64,000 nucleotides of DNA from an uncultured Agathobaculum sp. (GTDB lineage Bacteria; Bacillota; Clostridia; Oscillospirales; Butyricicoccaceae): positions 17,799 to 81,798 of the forward strand of contig CALWUM010000006.1 of assembly GCA_944384765.1 (NCBI GenBank), read 5' to 3'. The notes beneath the pieces are model-generated. The model did not search any database. It had not been told where the DNA came from and saw only the letters and a list, made by a program, of their open reading frames with translations. Made by a program: the position numbers and the translations under genes. This document shows, piece by piece, positions 1-7,767 of the stretch. Within the stretch, counting starts at the first letter, position 1. The number at the start of each line of letters is the position of its first letter.

Positions 1-93
1 ATCATCAGTGAGGTGCGCTACCACATGGAGCGCCTGACCGGCGTGGACGTCAAAAACGTGGACGTGTATGTCGAGAGCATCAAGGCCGACTAA
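1..93 (+). CDS. Asp23/Gls24-family protein, C-terminal fragment (5' end outside window)
   Basis: Frame 1 reads IISEVRYHMERLTGVDVKNVDVYVESIKAD*. The alternating V-x-V C-terminus and the position directly upstream of a DAK2/YloV gene are typical of the Firmicutes asp23-yloV pair. Confidence 0.6.
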   Translation: MISEVRYHMERLTGVDVKNVDVYVESIKAD

Positions 94-96
94 ATC

Positions 97-274
97 ATAC
101 AGGGGGTATCCAATACCCCCTGTATACAAAAATCCGTTCCAGAGAAACGGATTTTTGATACCCCCGGACGCCGCCCCGGGCGGCTGGGTCGGGGTGTAAA
201 AAGTCAGGCGCATGTCCTGACTTTTTACGGAAATCGCTCCGCGATTTCCCGATCTGTACGCGCAAAGCGCAGAT
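97..274 (+). repeat. Six-hairpin intergenic repeat module, copy 1 (forward orientation)
   Basis: Consecutive hairpins at 97-125, 127-157, 158-197, 197-227, 229-249 and 252-274. Homologous to the reverse complement of 40219-40399. Starts 4 nt after the asp23 stop and ends before the yloV RBS. Confidence 0.8.
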
Positions 275-320
275 GAAACCGTATAGAAGAGTAGTGAAGA
301 ATTTTAGGGAGAGTATGCAC

Positions 321-1970
321 ATGGCAGATCAAAAAATAACCGGTGCGCTGTTTCAGTCCATGGTGACCGAGGGCGCGCTCGCCATTGCGGAAAAGCAGGA
401 GCAGGTCAACGAGCTCAACGTATTCCCGGTGCCGGATGGCGATACAGGCACCAATATGTCCATGACCATGGCCGCGGCGATGACCGAGCTGGAAAAGCTC
501 GCCGAGCCTACGCTCGCCAAGGCGGCGGATACCACAGCGGCTGCGCTGCTGCGCGGCGCGCGCGGCAACTCGGGCGTCATCCTGTCGCTGTTGTTCCGCG
601 GCATGGCGAAAAAACTGCATGAGGAGCCGGAAGCCGGCGGCTGCACGCTTGCGCTCGCGCTGCGCGAGGGCGTGGAGACCGCCTACAAAGCGGTCATGAA
701 GCCCGCTGAGGGCACCATCCTGACCGTGTCGCGCGTATCCGCGCAGCACGCGGTTGAGGCGTGCCAGGCGGATCCCAGCCTGTCCGCCGAGCAGGTGCTC
801 GAGGCTGTGCTCGAGCGCGGCCGCACCGCGCTGGACGAAACCATCCACCAGAACCCTGTGCTGGAAAAGGCAGGCGTGGTAGACGCTGGTGCGTTTGGCT
901 TCCTGACTATTCTGGAAGGCATGCTGGACGCGGTGCGCGGGGTGCACCGGGATCGCAAACCGGCGCAGGCCGGCAGTCAGTCAGCGGCAGACTTCGGCGC
1001 GATCGCGGATGAGGACATCACCTTCACCTACTGCACCGAATTCATCGCCGCGCGTAAGGACAAGGCGCGCAACGTCGGCCGCCTGCGTGCGATCCTGAGC
1101 GAAATCGGCGACTCGCTGGTCGTAGTCGATGACGATGACATCGTCAAGGTGCATGTGCACACCGACCAGCCGAACAAGGCGCTGGAGGAAGGTCTCAAAT
1201 TCGGCCCGCTGCTCACGGTCAAGATCGAAAACATGCGCGAGCAGCACACCGCCAAGGTGATCGAAGGCACGGCGGACGAGCCGCGCGAGCGCGTAGTCGT
1301 GCCGCCGGAAAAGCCGTTCGGCTATGTCGCAGTCGCCGCAGGAGACGGCCTCAAGGCGCTGTTTGCCGACCTCGGCGTGGACGAGGTTGTGCAGGGTGGC
1401 CAAACCATGAACCCCTCGACCGATGACATTGTACGCGCGGTCGATGCGGTGCCGGCGGAAACCGTATTTGTGCTGCCCAACAACAAGAATATCATCATGG
1501 CGGCCGAGCAGGCCGTGCATCTGGCCGAGGGCAAAAAGATCGTCGTCGTGCCGACGCGAACCATCCCGCAGGGCATTTCCGCCATGCTGGCGGCCGACCC
1601 GGACTGTGGGGACGAGGCAACGCTGACCGAGGCCATGCGTGATGCCGCGCACCATGTGCGCAGCGGCCAGGTGACCTATGCCGCGCGCGACAGTGAGTAC
1701 GACGGCAAAAAGATCAAGCAGGGCGAATACCTGTCGCTGCTCGAAGGCCGCCTGTGCGCGAGCGGCCGCGAGAGCGCGGTGCTCAAAAAGCTTGTGCGCG
1801 AGATGGTGACCGACGAGAGCGCGTTTGCGACCGTAATCTATGGCGAAGGCGTGACCGAGCAGCAGGCCGCTGAGGTCGAGGCGCTGCTGCACAAGGAGAA
1901 CAAGGAGATGGAGATCTCGGTGGTCGACGGCGGCCAGCCGGTATATTACTATATCCTGTCTGTGGAATGA
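321..1970 (+). CDS. yloV: DAK2 domain-containing protein (YloV family)
   Basis: ORF 273..1970. N-terminus MADQKITGALFQSMV...NVFPVPDGDTGTNMSMT matches the Dak2 phosphatase-domain motif. GGGAGAG RBS at 306-313 favours ATG 321 (ATG 315 also possible). Confidence 0.9.
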   Translation: MADQKITGALFQSMVTEGALAIAEKQEQVNELNVFPVPDGDTGTNMSMTMAAAMTELEKLAEPTLAKAADTTAAALLRGARGNSGVILSLLFRGMAKKLHEEPEAGGCTLALALREGVETAYKAVMKPAEGTILTVSRVSAQHAVEACQADPSLSAEQVLEAVLERGRTALDETIHQNPVLEKAGVVDAGAFGFLTILEGMLDAVRGVHRDRKPAQAGSQSAADFGAIADEDITFTYCTEFIAARKDKARNVGRLRAILSEIGDSLVVVDDDDIVKVHVHTDQPNKALEEGLKFGPLLTVKIENMREQHTAKVIEGTADEPRERVVVPPEKPFGYVAVAAGDGLKALFADLGVDEVVQGGQTMNPSTDDIVRAVDAVPAETVFVLPNNKNIIMAAEQAVHLAEGKKIVVVPTRTIPQGISAMLAADPDCGDEATLTEAMRDAAHHVRSGQVTYAARDSEYDGKKIKQGEYLSLLEGRLCASGRESAVLKKLVREMVTDESAFATVIYGEGVTEQQAAEVEALLHKENKEMEISVVDGGQPVYYYILSVE

Positions 1971-1989
1971 AAAACGCCCGTCCTGCGGC

Positions 1990-2018
1990 TTGACAGGCAC
2001 AGGGCGGGCCGGTATAAT
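1990..2018 (+). promoter_or_regulatory. Consensus sigma-70-type promoter (TTGACA-N17-TATAAT)
   Basis: TTGACA at 1990-1995 and TATAAT at 2013-2018 with a 17 nt spacer, 20 nt after the yloV stop. Confidence 0.7.
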
Positions 2019-2024
2019 ACAAGT

Positions 2025-2120
2025 AAGAGGGACACCGCTGCAAAGCGGCTGGCCTTACAGGTTATTTGAATGAAAACAAGCTAACCGTCTGGCGGCAACC
2101 GGGCGGTTAGCGCGCTTTTA
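2025..2120 (+). ncRNA. Candidate ~95 nt sRNA, or attenuated 5' leader of pth
   Basis: Predicted start is about 7 nt after the -10. Stem GUAAG...CUUAC encloses hairpin CCGCUgcaAGCGG. A 12 bp terminator stem (2081-2092 with 2099-2110) is followed by CGCGCUUUUA. Confidence 0.4.
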
Positions 2121-2312
2121 TGGTAAAAATGGAAAGCAGAACTGCAATCCATATCAGAATCTGAAAAATCCGATACCACAAAGGCAATCACCCCCTTCCA
2201 TCAGGGGAGTGCCAACCGCGGATACAACGGTGTCCGCATACAGCATAGCAAAGTATGCACAATTTGTCAATTTCGCCGCCCAAACGGGAGGCGTTCTTTT
2301 TGGAGTGAAATC

Positions 2313-2951
2313 ATGTCAGTATTCGATATTTTCAAAAAGCTGGACGAGCAGAAGGCCGCACAGGCGGCGCAGCCGGTCGAGTGGCTGGTCATCGGGCTGG
2401 GTAACCCGGGCAGCAAGTATGACAACACCCGCCACAACGCGGGCTTCCGCGCGCTAGAAAGCTACTGCGCACGCACCGGACAGAAGATCGACCGGATGAA
2501 ATTCAAGGCGCTCGTGGGCGAGGGTATGCTGGGCGGTCGGCGCGTGCTGTTCCTCAAGCCGCAGACCTTTATGAACCTGTCCGGCGAGGCGGTGCGCGAC
2601 GCGGCCTCGTTCTACAAGATCCCGCCCGAGCGGATCATCGTCCTGTCGGATGATATCTCGCTCGACGTGGGCACGCTGCGCGTGCGCGCCAAGGGCTCGG
2701 CGGGCGGACAAAACGGGCTGAAGAACATCATCTATCACCTCGGCAGCGAGGACTTCCCCCGCGTCAAGATCGGGGTCGGCCACAAACCGCACCCGGACTA
2801 TGACCTTGCCGCGTGGGTGCTCAGCAAATTCACCGCGGAGGAGCAGAAAGCCATCGACAAGGCGTGCGAGGACGCGGTCAGCGCCGCAGCCTGCATCATC
2901 GCGGAGGGCTGTCCCGCCGCGGCGCAAAAGTTTAACGGCAAGCGGCTGTGA
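2313..2951 (+). CDS. pth: Peptidyl-tRNA hydrolase
   Basis: WLVIGLGNPGSKYDNTRHNAGF signature; length 212 aa. Confidence 0.95.
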   Translation: MSVFDIFKKLDEQKAAQAAQPVEWLVIGLGNPGSKYDNTRHNAGFRALESYCARTGQKIDRMKFKALVGEGMLGGRRVLFLKPQTFMNLSGEAVRDAASFYKIPPERIIVLSDDISLDVGTLRVRAKGSAGGQNGLKNIIYHLGSEDFPRVKIGVGHKPHPDYDLAAWVLSKFTAEEQKAIDKACEDAVSAAACIIAEGCPAAAQKFNGKRL

Positions 2952-2970
2952 GCCGCAGCCTGTGCAAAAC

Positions 2971-2997
2971 AAAAAGCCTGCTGATCGCAGGCTTTTT
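2971..2997. terminator. Bidirectional intrinsic terminator between pth and htrA
   Basis: AAAAAGCCTGC-tgatc-GCAGGCTTTTT, with A and T runs on either side. Confidence 0.85.
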
Positions 2998-3006
2998 GTT
3001 TTTTTG

Positions 3007-4575
3007 TTACCAGCCGAAGAACGGGAACGGGCTCTGGTAGTAGCCGCCGCTACTGCTGTCATCCTGAGTGCTCTGGTTGCTCTCGGTCGCCGGGTCGTCA
3101 CCCTCCAGGTCGTGCGCATCCATGAGCGTTACGGTGATGTTGAGTGTCTTGCCGGTCGAGAGACGGTAAACGGTCAGGGTGATCTTGTCGCCCGCCTGTT
3201 TATTCTCCTTGATCTCGTTGACATCGTCCATGGTCGGGGTCGGCGTACCATCGACTGCCGTGATCACGTCGCCGACCTGCAGGCCTTCGCTCGCCGCTGT
3301 GGCACGCGAGTCAATTGAGTATACCTGTACACCGGCGATGCTGCCATCGGCGGACTCCACATTGCGGCCCGTGATGCCGATAGTCGGACGGCCGCTGACA
3401 TAGCCGTTGGCAATCAGCTCATCGACAACGTCCTTTGCCGTGTTGATCGGGATCGCAAAGCCCATGCCCTCAATCGTGGTGTCACTGTATATACTGCTGG
3501 ACAGTTTAGCCGACGTGATGCCGACCACCTGGCCGTATTTATTGATGAGCGCACCACCCGAGTTGCCCGGGTTGATGGACGCGTCGGTCTGGATCAGGGT
3601 CATGACGCGGTCGTTGATGGTCACGTCGCGGTTGATGGCGGAAATGCGGCCGCCGGTGATCGTGTTGGCAAACTGCACACCGCCGGGCGAACCGATCGTA
3701 TAAGCGTATTCACCGGGTTCGAGGTCGTCCGAATCGCCGAACTCAGCCGGGGTCAGCTCGGTATCCGTGGTCACCTTGATGACCGCAAGGTCGGTCTGCT
3801 CATCCGTGCCGACGATCTCCGCATCCAGCTGGGTGCCGTCGCTCAGCTGAACGGCTACCGCCGTCGCATCCGCGACAACATGGTCGTTGGTGATGATGTA
3901 GCCATCCTTACTCATGATGACGCCCGAGCCACTGCTCGTGCCGCTGTCCATCGAGGCGATGACCGATACAACAGACGGGCTGACCTTCTTGTAGATCTCC
4001 TCGCCTGCCAGGCCGTTGACCACATCGTAGTTATCCGGGTCCAGCTCAGGAGTGTCGCTGATCTCCAGTGTCGGCAGCTCGCCGCTGTCTGTCTCCGCGC
4101 TCGCGCTGACGGCCGCGCCGTCTCCGTCGCCAATCACATGGCCGAGCACCGCGCCGCCTGCAAACAGCAGGCAGGCCGCTGCCACGCAGCACAGGCCGAT
4201 CACAACCGCCTTACCGTGCCCCTTCTTGTGAGGGGGCTGGGCGCCGCCGCCGCTCAGATCGGGCTGCGGCGCGGAATAGAAGGTTTCCGTCCGCGGCGCC
4301 TGGTAATCCGGATGCGCTACCGGCGTCTGATACGGGGTACGCGGCTCCTCACTCTGCGTGGAGGGCTGCTCACCCTGCGCGCCATACGGCTGCTGCGGCT
4401 GCGCTTCCTGCTCTCCCTGCGGGGTAACAGACGGTTCATCCGAGACACGATACGGCGCCTGTGCGGACTGCTGTCCGCTCTCCTGCGGCTGTGCCGCCTG
4501 CTGTGCTTCGGGCTGTTCCATATTGTCATCGCCGCGCGGGGCAGGCGTATAGTTGTTATTATTGAAGTCGTCCAT
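3007..4575 (-). CDS. htrA: HtrA/DegP-family serine protease (S1C) with C-terminal PDZ domain, one TM segment and a Q/P-rich N-terminal region
   Basis: GSGVIMSKDGYIITNDHVV (His region) and NPGNSGGALIN (Ser region). PDZ-like LQVGDVITAVDG. Hydrophobic segment VVIGLCCVAAACLLFAGGAVL. Confidence 0.9.
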   Translation of the reverse strand: MDDFNNNNYTPAPRGDDNMEQPEAQQAAQPQESGQQSAQAPYRVSDEPSVTPQGEQEAQPQQPYGAQGEQPSTQSEEPRTPYQTPVAHPDYQAPRTETFYSAPQPDLSGGGAQPPHKKGHGKAVVIGLCCVAAACLLFAGGAVLGHVIGDGDGAAVSASAETDSGELPTLEISDTPELDPDNYDVVNGLAGEEIYKKVSPSVVSVIASMDSGTSSGSGVIMSKDGYIITNDHVVADATAVAVQLSDGTQLDAEIVGTDEQTDLAVIKVTTDTELTPAEFGDSDDLEPGEYAYTIGSPGGVQFANTITGGRISAINRDVTINDRVMTLIQTDASINPGNSGGALINKYGQVVGITSAKLSSSIYSDTTIEGMGFAIPINTAKDVVDELIANGYVSGRPTIGITGRNVESADGSIAGVQVYSIDSRATAASEGLQVGDVITAVDGTPTPTMDDVNEIKENKQAGDKITLTVYRLSTGKTLNITVTLMDAHDLEGDDPATESNQSTQDDSSSGGYYQSPFPFFGW

Positions 4576-4607
4576 TGTGTTGACCTCCCTATCGATTTTC
4601 TGGTTTT

Positions 4608-4661
4608 ATTGTATTGCCCCATTGTGGCAGTTTGTTGAAAACAATATGAATATTTTTTGAA
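4608..4661 (-). promoter_or_regulatory. htrA promoter: three TTCA hexamers at 11 bp phasing, then N20, then TACAAT
   Basis: Minus-strand hexamers TTCAAA (5' T at 4661), TTCATA (4650) and TTCAAC (4639). Exactly 20 nt separate the last hexamer from TACAAT (4613-4608). No canonical -35 at 17 nt. Confidence 0.6.
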
Positions 4662-4685
4662 CACGCGCCTTACGTCTCAACATTT

Positions 4686-4715
4686 GCAGGCGCCGCCCTT
4701 TGAGGCGGCGCCTGC
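4686..4715. terminator. GC-rich hairpin downstream of the histidine kinase gene
   Basis: GCAGGCGCCGCC-cttuga-GGCGGCGCCTGC. The U-run is only on the plus-strand side, so termination of the minus-strand operon is uncertain. Confidence 0.35.
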
Positions 4716-4725
4716 GCGCTTTTCC

Positions 4726-6186
4726 TTATGCCTGCGGTTTGCTGCCCGGCAGCTGTGCCGGCGCGAGTGGCAGCGTGAACGAGAACTCGGTCTCACCGCC
4801 GTCCGAGCGAACAGCGATCTCGCCGCCATGCAGGTTAATGATGTTTTTAACGATGTACAGCCCCAGCCCCGCACCGGTCTTATCCATCGAGCGCGAGCGG
4901 TCGGCCTTGTAGAATCGGTCGAAGATGTGCGGCAGATCCTCCTCCGAGATCACCGTGCCCGTGTTGCTGATCGAGAACGCACAGAACGTGCCCTCCGGAT
5001 GCGCATGCAGGCACAGGCGGCCGCCGTCATCGATAAACTTGACCGCGTTGTCCACCAGGTTATACACCGCGCGGTACAAGTGGTCGCGGTCGCCCATGAC
5101 CATCAGGCGGTCCTCCAGATCGCACTCGACCGTAAGCTGCTTTTTCTCGATCTTCTGCTCAAAGGACAGCAGGATCTGCGCGGTCATTTCGGAGAAATCC
5201 ATCGGCGCGGGGTTGAGGATCAGCTCGCCCGACTGGATTTTGGCCGCGTCCAGCATACGGTTGACCATGCGGGACAGGCGGCGGGTCTCCTCGGCGATGA
5301 TGTGCAGGTATTTATCCCTCTGGTCCGAGGGGATGGTGCCGTCGATCATGCCATCAACAAAGCCACCGATCGTGGTCATCGGGGTTTTGAACTCGTGGCT
5401 GACGTTGGAGATAAAGCCGCGCGTCAGCTCCTCGAGCTGGTCGAGGTCACGCGCCATGTTGTTGAAGGAGGTTGCCAGCTCGTCGATCTCGTAGCAGTGG
5501 TTGTCCTCGGGTACGCGCACCTCAAAATTGCCCGCAGCAAACTCCTTGGCTGCCGCCGCCATCACCTTAAGCGGCCGCGTCATATGCTGGGACAAAATAA
5601 ACGAGATAATCAGTGCGACCACAAGCGTTACCACCAGGATAAGCACCAGCGTCTGTGTGGAGTGGCGCACCGTGCCGGCCGCGGCGGCATCCTGTGTGTT
5701 GATAAACACCATGGCGGTGATCTGGCCGCTGTCATCCAGCACACTCGTGCCGACCGTGTAGCTTGACTGTGCCCCGATCACGCCCAGCTGGCCGACCTCG
5801 GCATAGCTGCCGGTCTCTCGAACCTGCGCGACCGCGGAAGCGGGCATGGCATACTGACGGTTGTATTCCGCCACCGTGCCGTTTGTGTCTGCCGCCATCT
5901 GGATCACGCCGTCCGCATCGGTCACGCAAACCGAGATAACGTCCTCTTTGGCCACACGGCCGATGGACAGCATAAAGATCTGCCGGATAATGTCCGAATC
6001 CGTGCTTTGCATCAGCTTGGTCTGCTCGGCCAGGCTCTGCACGGTCGTGCGCAGCTCGGCCTGCTTGGAGGCAAGCGCGTAGTTGCTCATCTGATAGTAA
6101 AACACACCGCCCGCCACCGTGAACGCGCATACGATCAGCACCAGATGCGTGACATAATTTTTAAAGAAAAAACTGCGTCTGCCCAT
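4726..6186 (-). CDS. Sensor histidine kinase (two TM segments, periplasmic loop, HAMP, HisKA, HATPase_c)
   Basis: H-box FISNVSHEFKTPMTTI. N/G boxes VDNAVKF and DKTGAGLGLYIVKNIINLHGG. Two hydrophobic segments flank a ~150 aa loop. Confidence 0.9.
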   Translation of the reverse strand: MGRRSFFFKNYVTHLVLIVCAFTVAGGVFYYQMSNYALASKQAELRTTVQSLAEQTKLMQSTDSDIIRQIFMLSIGRVAKEDVISVCVTDADGVIQMAADTNGTVAEYNRQYAMPASAVAQVRETGSYAEVGQLGVIGAQSSYTVGTSVLDDSGQITAMVFINTQDAAAAGTVRHSTQTLVLILVVTLVVALIISFILSQHMTRPLKVMAAAAKEFAAGNFEVRVPEDNHCYEIDELATSFNNMARDLDQLEELTRGFISNVSHEFKTPMTTIGGFVDGMIDGTIPSDQRDKYLHIIAEETRRLSRMVNRMLDAAKIQSGELILNPAPMDFSEMTAQILLSFEQKIEKKQLTVECDLEDRLMVMGDRDHLYRAVYNLVDNAVKFIDDGGRLCLHAHPEGTFCAFSISNTGTVISEEDLPHIFDRFYKADRSRSMDKTGAGLGLYIVKNIINLHGGEIAVRSDGGETEFSFTLPLAPAQLPGSKPQA

Positions 6187-6192
6187 GTGGGT

Positions 6193-6873
6193 TTACTCCT
6201 TGGTTTCAAATTTATAGCCAACGCCCCAGACGGTCTTAAGCTCCCATTTATCCGAAACGCCCTCGAGCTTTTCGCGCAGGCGCTTGACGTGCACATCCAC
6301 CGTACGGGTGTCGCCGAAGTAGTCAAAGCCCCACACGTCATCCAGCAGCTGCGCGCGGGTGAACACGCGATTGGGGCTGGAGGCGAGGTAGTAGAGCAAC
6401 TCGATCTCCTTGGGCGGTGCGTCCACGCGCTTACCCTTGATGACCAGATCATACGCCTGCTTGTCGATCACCAGATTGTCGAACGACAACTTCTCGGGCG
6501 CGTCATCCGGCGCCATGCGGCGGAACACCGCGCGTACGCGCGCGATGACCTCAGGCATTTCCAGGGGCTTGACGATGTAGTCGTCCGCGCCCATCTCCAG
6601 ACCGGAAACGCGGTCTGCGGTCTCGCCCTTGGCGGTGATCATGATAATCGGCACGTCGCTTTCCGCGCGGATCTCCTTGCACACCGTCCAGCCGTCCATG
6701 ACCGGCATCATCACGTCGAGCAGGATCATATCCGGCTTTTCGCTCTTCCACTGCTTGATGCCTTCCACGCCGTTTTCGGCCTCGATCACGGTATAGCCTT
6801 CGCGCTCGAGATACAGCCGCAGCAGTTCGCGGATATTGGCTTCGTCCTCTACGATCAATATTTTCTTGGGCAT
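6193..6873 (-). CDS. OmpR/PhoB-family response regulator (receiver plus winged-helix)
   Basis: KILIVEDEANIRELL...DMILLDVMMPVMDG receiver domain. C-terminal FTRAQLLDDVWG...VDVHVKRLREKL winged helix. Confidence 0.93.
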   Translation of the reverse strand: MPKKILIVEDEANIRELLRLYLEREGYTVIEAENGVEGIKQWKSEKPDMILLDVMMPVMDGWTVCKEIRAESDVPIIMITAKGETADRVSGLEMGADDYIVKPLEMPEVIARVRAVFRRMAPDDAPEKLSFDNLVIDKQAYDLVIKGKRVDAPPKEIELLYYLASSPNRVFTRAQLLDDVWGFDYFGDTRTVDVHVKRLREKLEGVSDKWELKTVWGVGYKFETKE

Positions 6874-6905
6874 GTTATCCCCTGCTTTCCATGTAGTCTG
6901 TTACC

Positions 6906-6948
6906 ATTATACCGCCGTTTTGAAAAAAAAGCATTAACAAACTGTTAA
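6906..6948 (-). promoter_or_regulatory. Response-regulator operon promoter with two phased TTAA hexamers at the same N20 spacing
   Basis: Minus strand: TTAACA (6948-6943), TTAATG (6937-6932), 20 nt spacer, TATAAT (6911-6906). Confidence 0.4.
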
Positions 6949-7018
6949 AGGGTGCATTGTCCGCCCCGGGCGGACGTGCTATAATCAAAACATCCGAGTG
7001 AACGAAAGGGGCACACCC

Positions 7019-7714
7019 ATGTCCGAAACCATTCCCATGCACATCATCGCGCGCATCCGCAGCGATTTCCCAACCAAGTTCGGCATCCCGCGCCAGAGCG
7101 GGCTGGCTGATGCACCCGCGCGCATCGTTTTTGAACCGCCTTACCGCAATGCGGACGCGCTGCGCGGCATCGAGGACTTTTCCCATCTGTGGCTGCTCTG
7201 GCATTTCTCCGAGGCCGAGCGCGACGGCTGGTCGCCCACTGTGCGGCCGCCCAAGCTGGGCGGCAACAAGCGCATCGGTGTGTTTGCCACGCGCTCGCCC
7301 TTCCGGCCGAACGCGATCGGCCTGTCCTCCGTGCAGCTGGCAGGCGTCGATCTGCATACGCCCGAAGGCCCGGTGCTGACGGTGCGCGGCGCCGACCTGA
7401 TGGACGGCACGCCCATTCTGGATATCAAGCCCTACCTCGCCTATACGGACGCACATCCGGAGGCCGCGGGCGGCTTTGCCGTTGAGGCTCTGCAGCGCAC
7501 GCTGCCCGTGGACTGTCCGCCGGATCTGCTCGCGCTGCTGCCCGCAGACCGGCAGAAGGCGCTGCTGTCCGTGCTCGCGCAGGACCCGCGGCCGGGCTAC
7601 CAGCACGAGCCCGACCGAATCTACGGCTTTCCCTTTGCGGGGTTTGAAGTGCGCTTCACCGTGGCGGACGGCCGGCTGACCGTGGTCAGCATCCAGCCCG
7701 CCGAAGCGCAATAG
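7019..7714 (+). CDS. trmO: tRNA (N6-threonylcarbamoyladenosine(37)-N6)-methyltransferase TrmO (TsaA/YaeB family)
   Basis: ARIRSDFPTKFGIPRQSG, FSHLWLLWHF and FATRSPFRPNAIGLS motifs. AAAGGGG RBS precedes ATG 7019. Confidence 0.88.
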   Translation: MSETIPMHIIARIRSDFPTKFGIPRQSGLADAPARIVFEPPYRNADALRGIEDFSHLWLLWHFSEAERDGWSPTVRPPKLGGNKRIGVFATRSPFRPNAIGLSSVQLAGVDLHTPEGPVLTVRGADLMDGTPILDIKPYLAYTDAHPEAAGGFAVEALQRTLPVDCPPDLLALLPADRQKALLSVLAQDPRPGYQHEPDRIYGFPFAGFEVRFTVADGRLTVVSIQPAEAQ

Positions 7715-7727
7715 CCGGTTAACGCAC

Positions 7728-7757
7728 AAAACCGCTCCGGGTTTCCGGAGCGGTTTT
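7728..7757. terminator. Bidirectional terminator
   Basis: AAAACCGCTCCGG-gttt-CCGGAGCGGTTTT between convergent genes. Confidence 0.85.
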
Positions 7758-7767
7758 TGTATGTCAG

